Made by a program: the position numbers and the translations under genes. Under the pieces are notes generated by a model. That model saw nothing but the letters and a program-made list of their open reading frames with translations, searched no databases and was not told where the DNA came from. From Chiloscyllium plagiosum (taxonomy: Eukaryota), in NCBI RefSeq assembly GCF_004010195.1, contig NC_057727.1, positions 17,437,306 to 17,501,305 on the forward strand: 64,000 nucleotides of DNA, given 5' to 3'. This document shows positions 63,983-64,000 of the stretch, piece by piece; within the stretch, counting starts at the first letter, position 1; each line of letters opens with the position of its first letter.

Positions 63983-64000
63983 GTTCTGGGCATCAGTGGA
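63983..64000 (+). CDS. TADA3: TADA3 coding exon 3 (partial)
   Basis: ttctgcag|G TTC TGG GCA TCA GTG GA = (R)FWASVE; phase matches the previous exon. Confidence 0.92.

Noticed and set aside
1-64000. CRISPR arrays or prokaryotic systems
   Set aside because: Spliced vertebrate genes and retroelements throughout; no regularly spaced repeats.

Overview
Eukaryotic, repeat-rich vertebrate DNA, most likely from a shark or other cartilaginous fish (HE1-type V-SINE, abundant CR1/HER LINEs). Three genes are present in the same order as human 3p25.3. TTLL3 (tubulin glycylase, - strand) is represented by its 5' part, with an RFX X-box promoter near 28.4 kb, and runs off the window start. ARPC4 (- strand) is complete, with 6 coding exons between 39366 and 56066. 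TADA3 (+ strand) is represented by its first 3 coding exons, runs off the window end and is head-to-head with ARPC4 on a shared CpG island. Most of the rest is decayed retroelements: CR1, L2, Rex1-like and Penelope-like elements, a Gypsy element with both LTRs, and tRNA-derived SINEs. The most striking non-genic signal is about a dozen minimal type I hammerhead ribozyme motifs. They lie in Penelope termini and in 120-230 bp ORF-less, often palindromic insertions with 7-13 bp target-site duplications, which look like non-autonomous ribozyme-bearing retroelements. All calls come from reading the sequence by eye; no database searches or folding programs were run.
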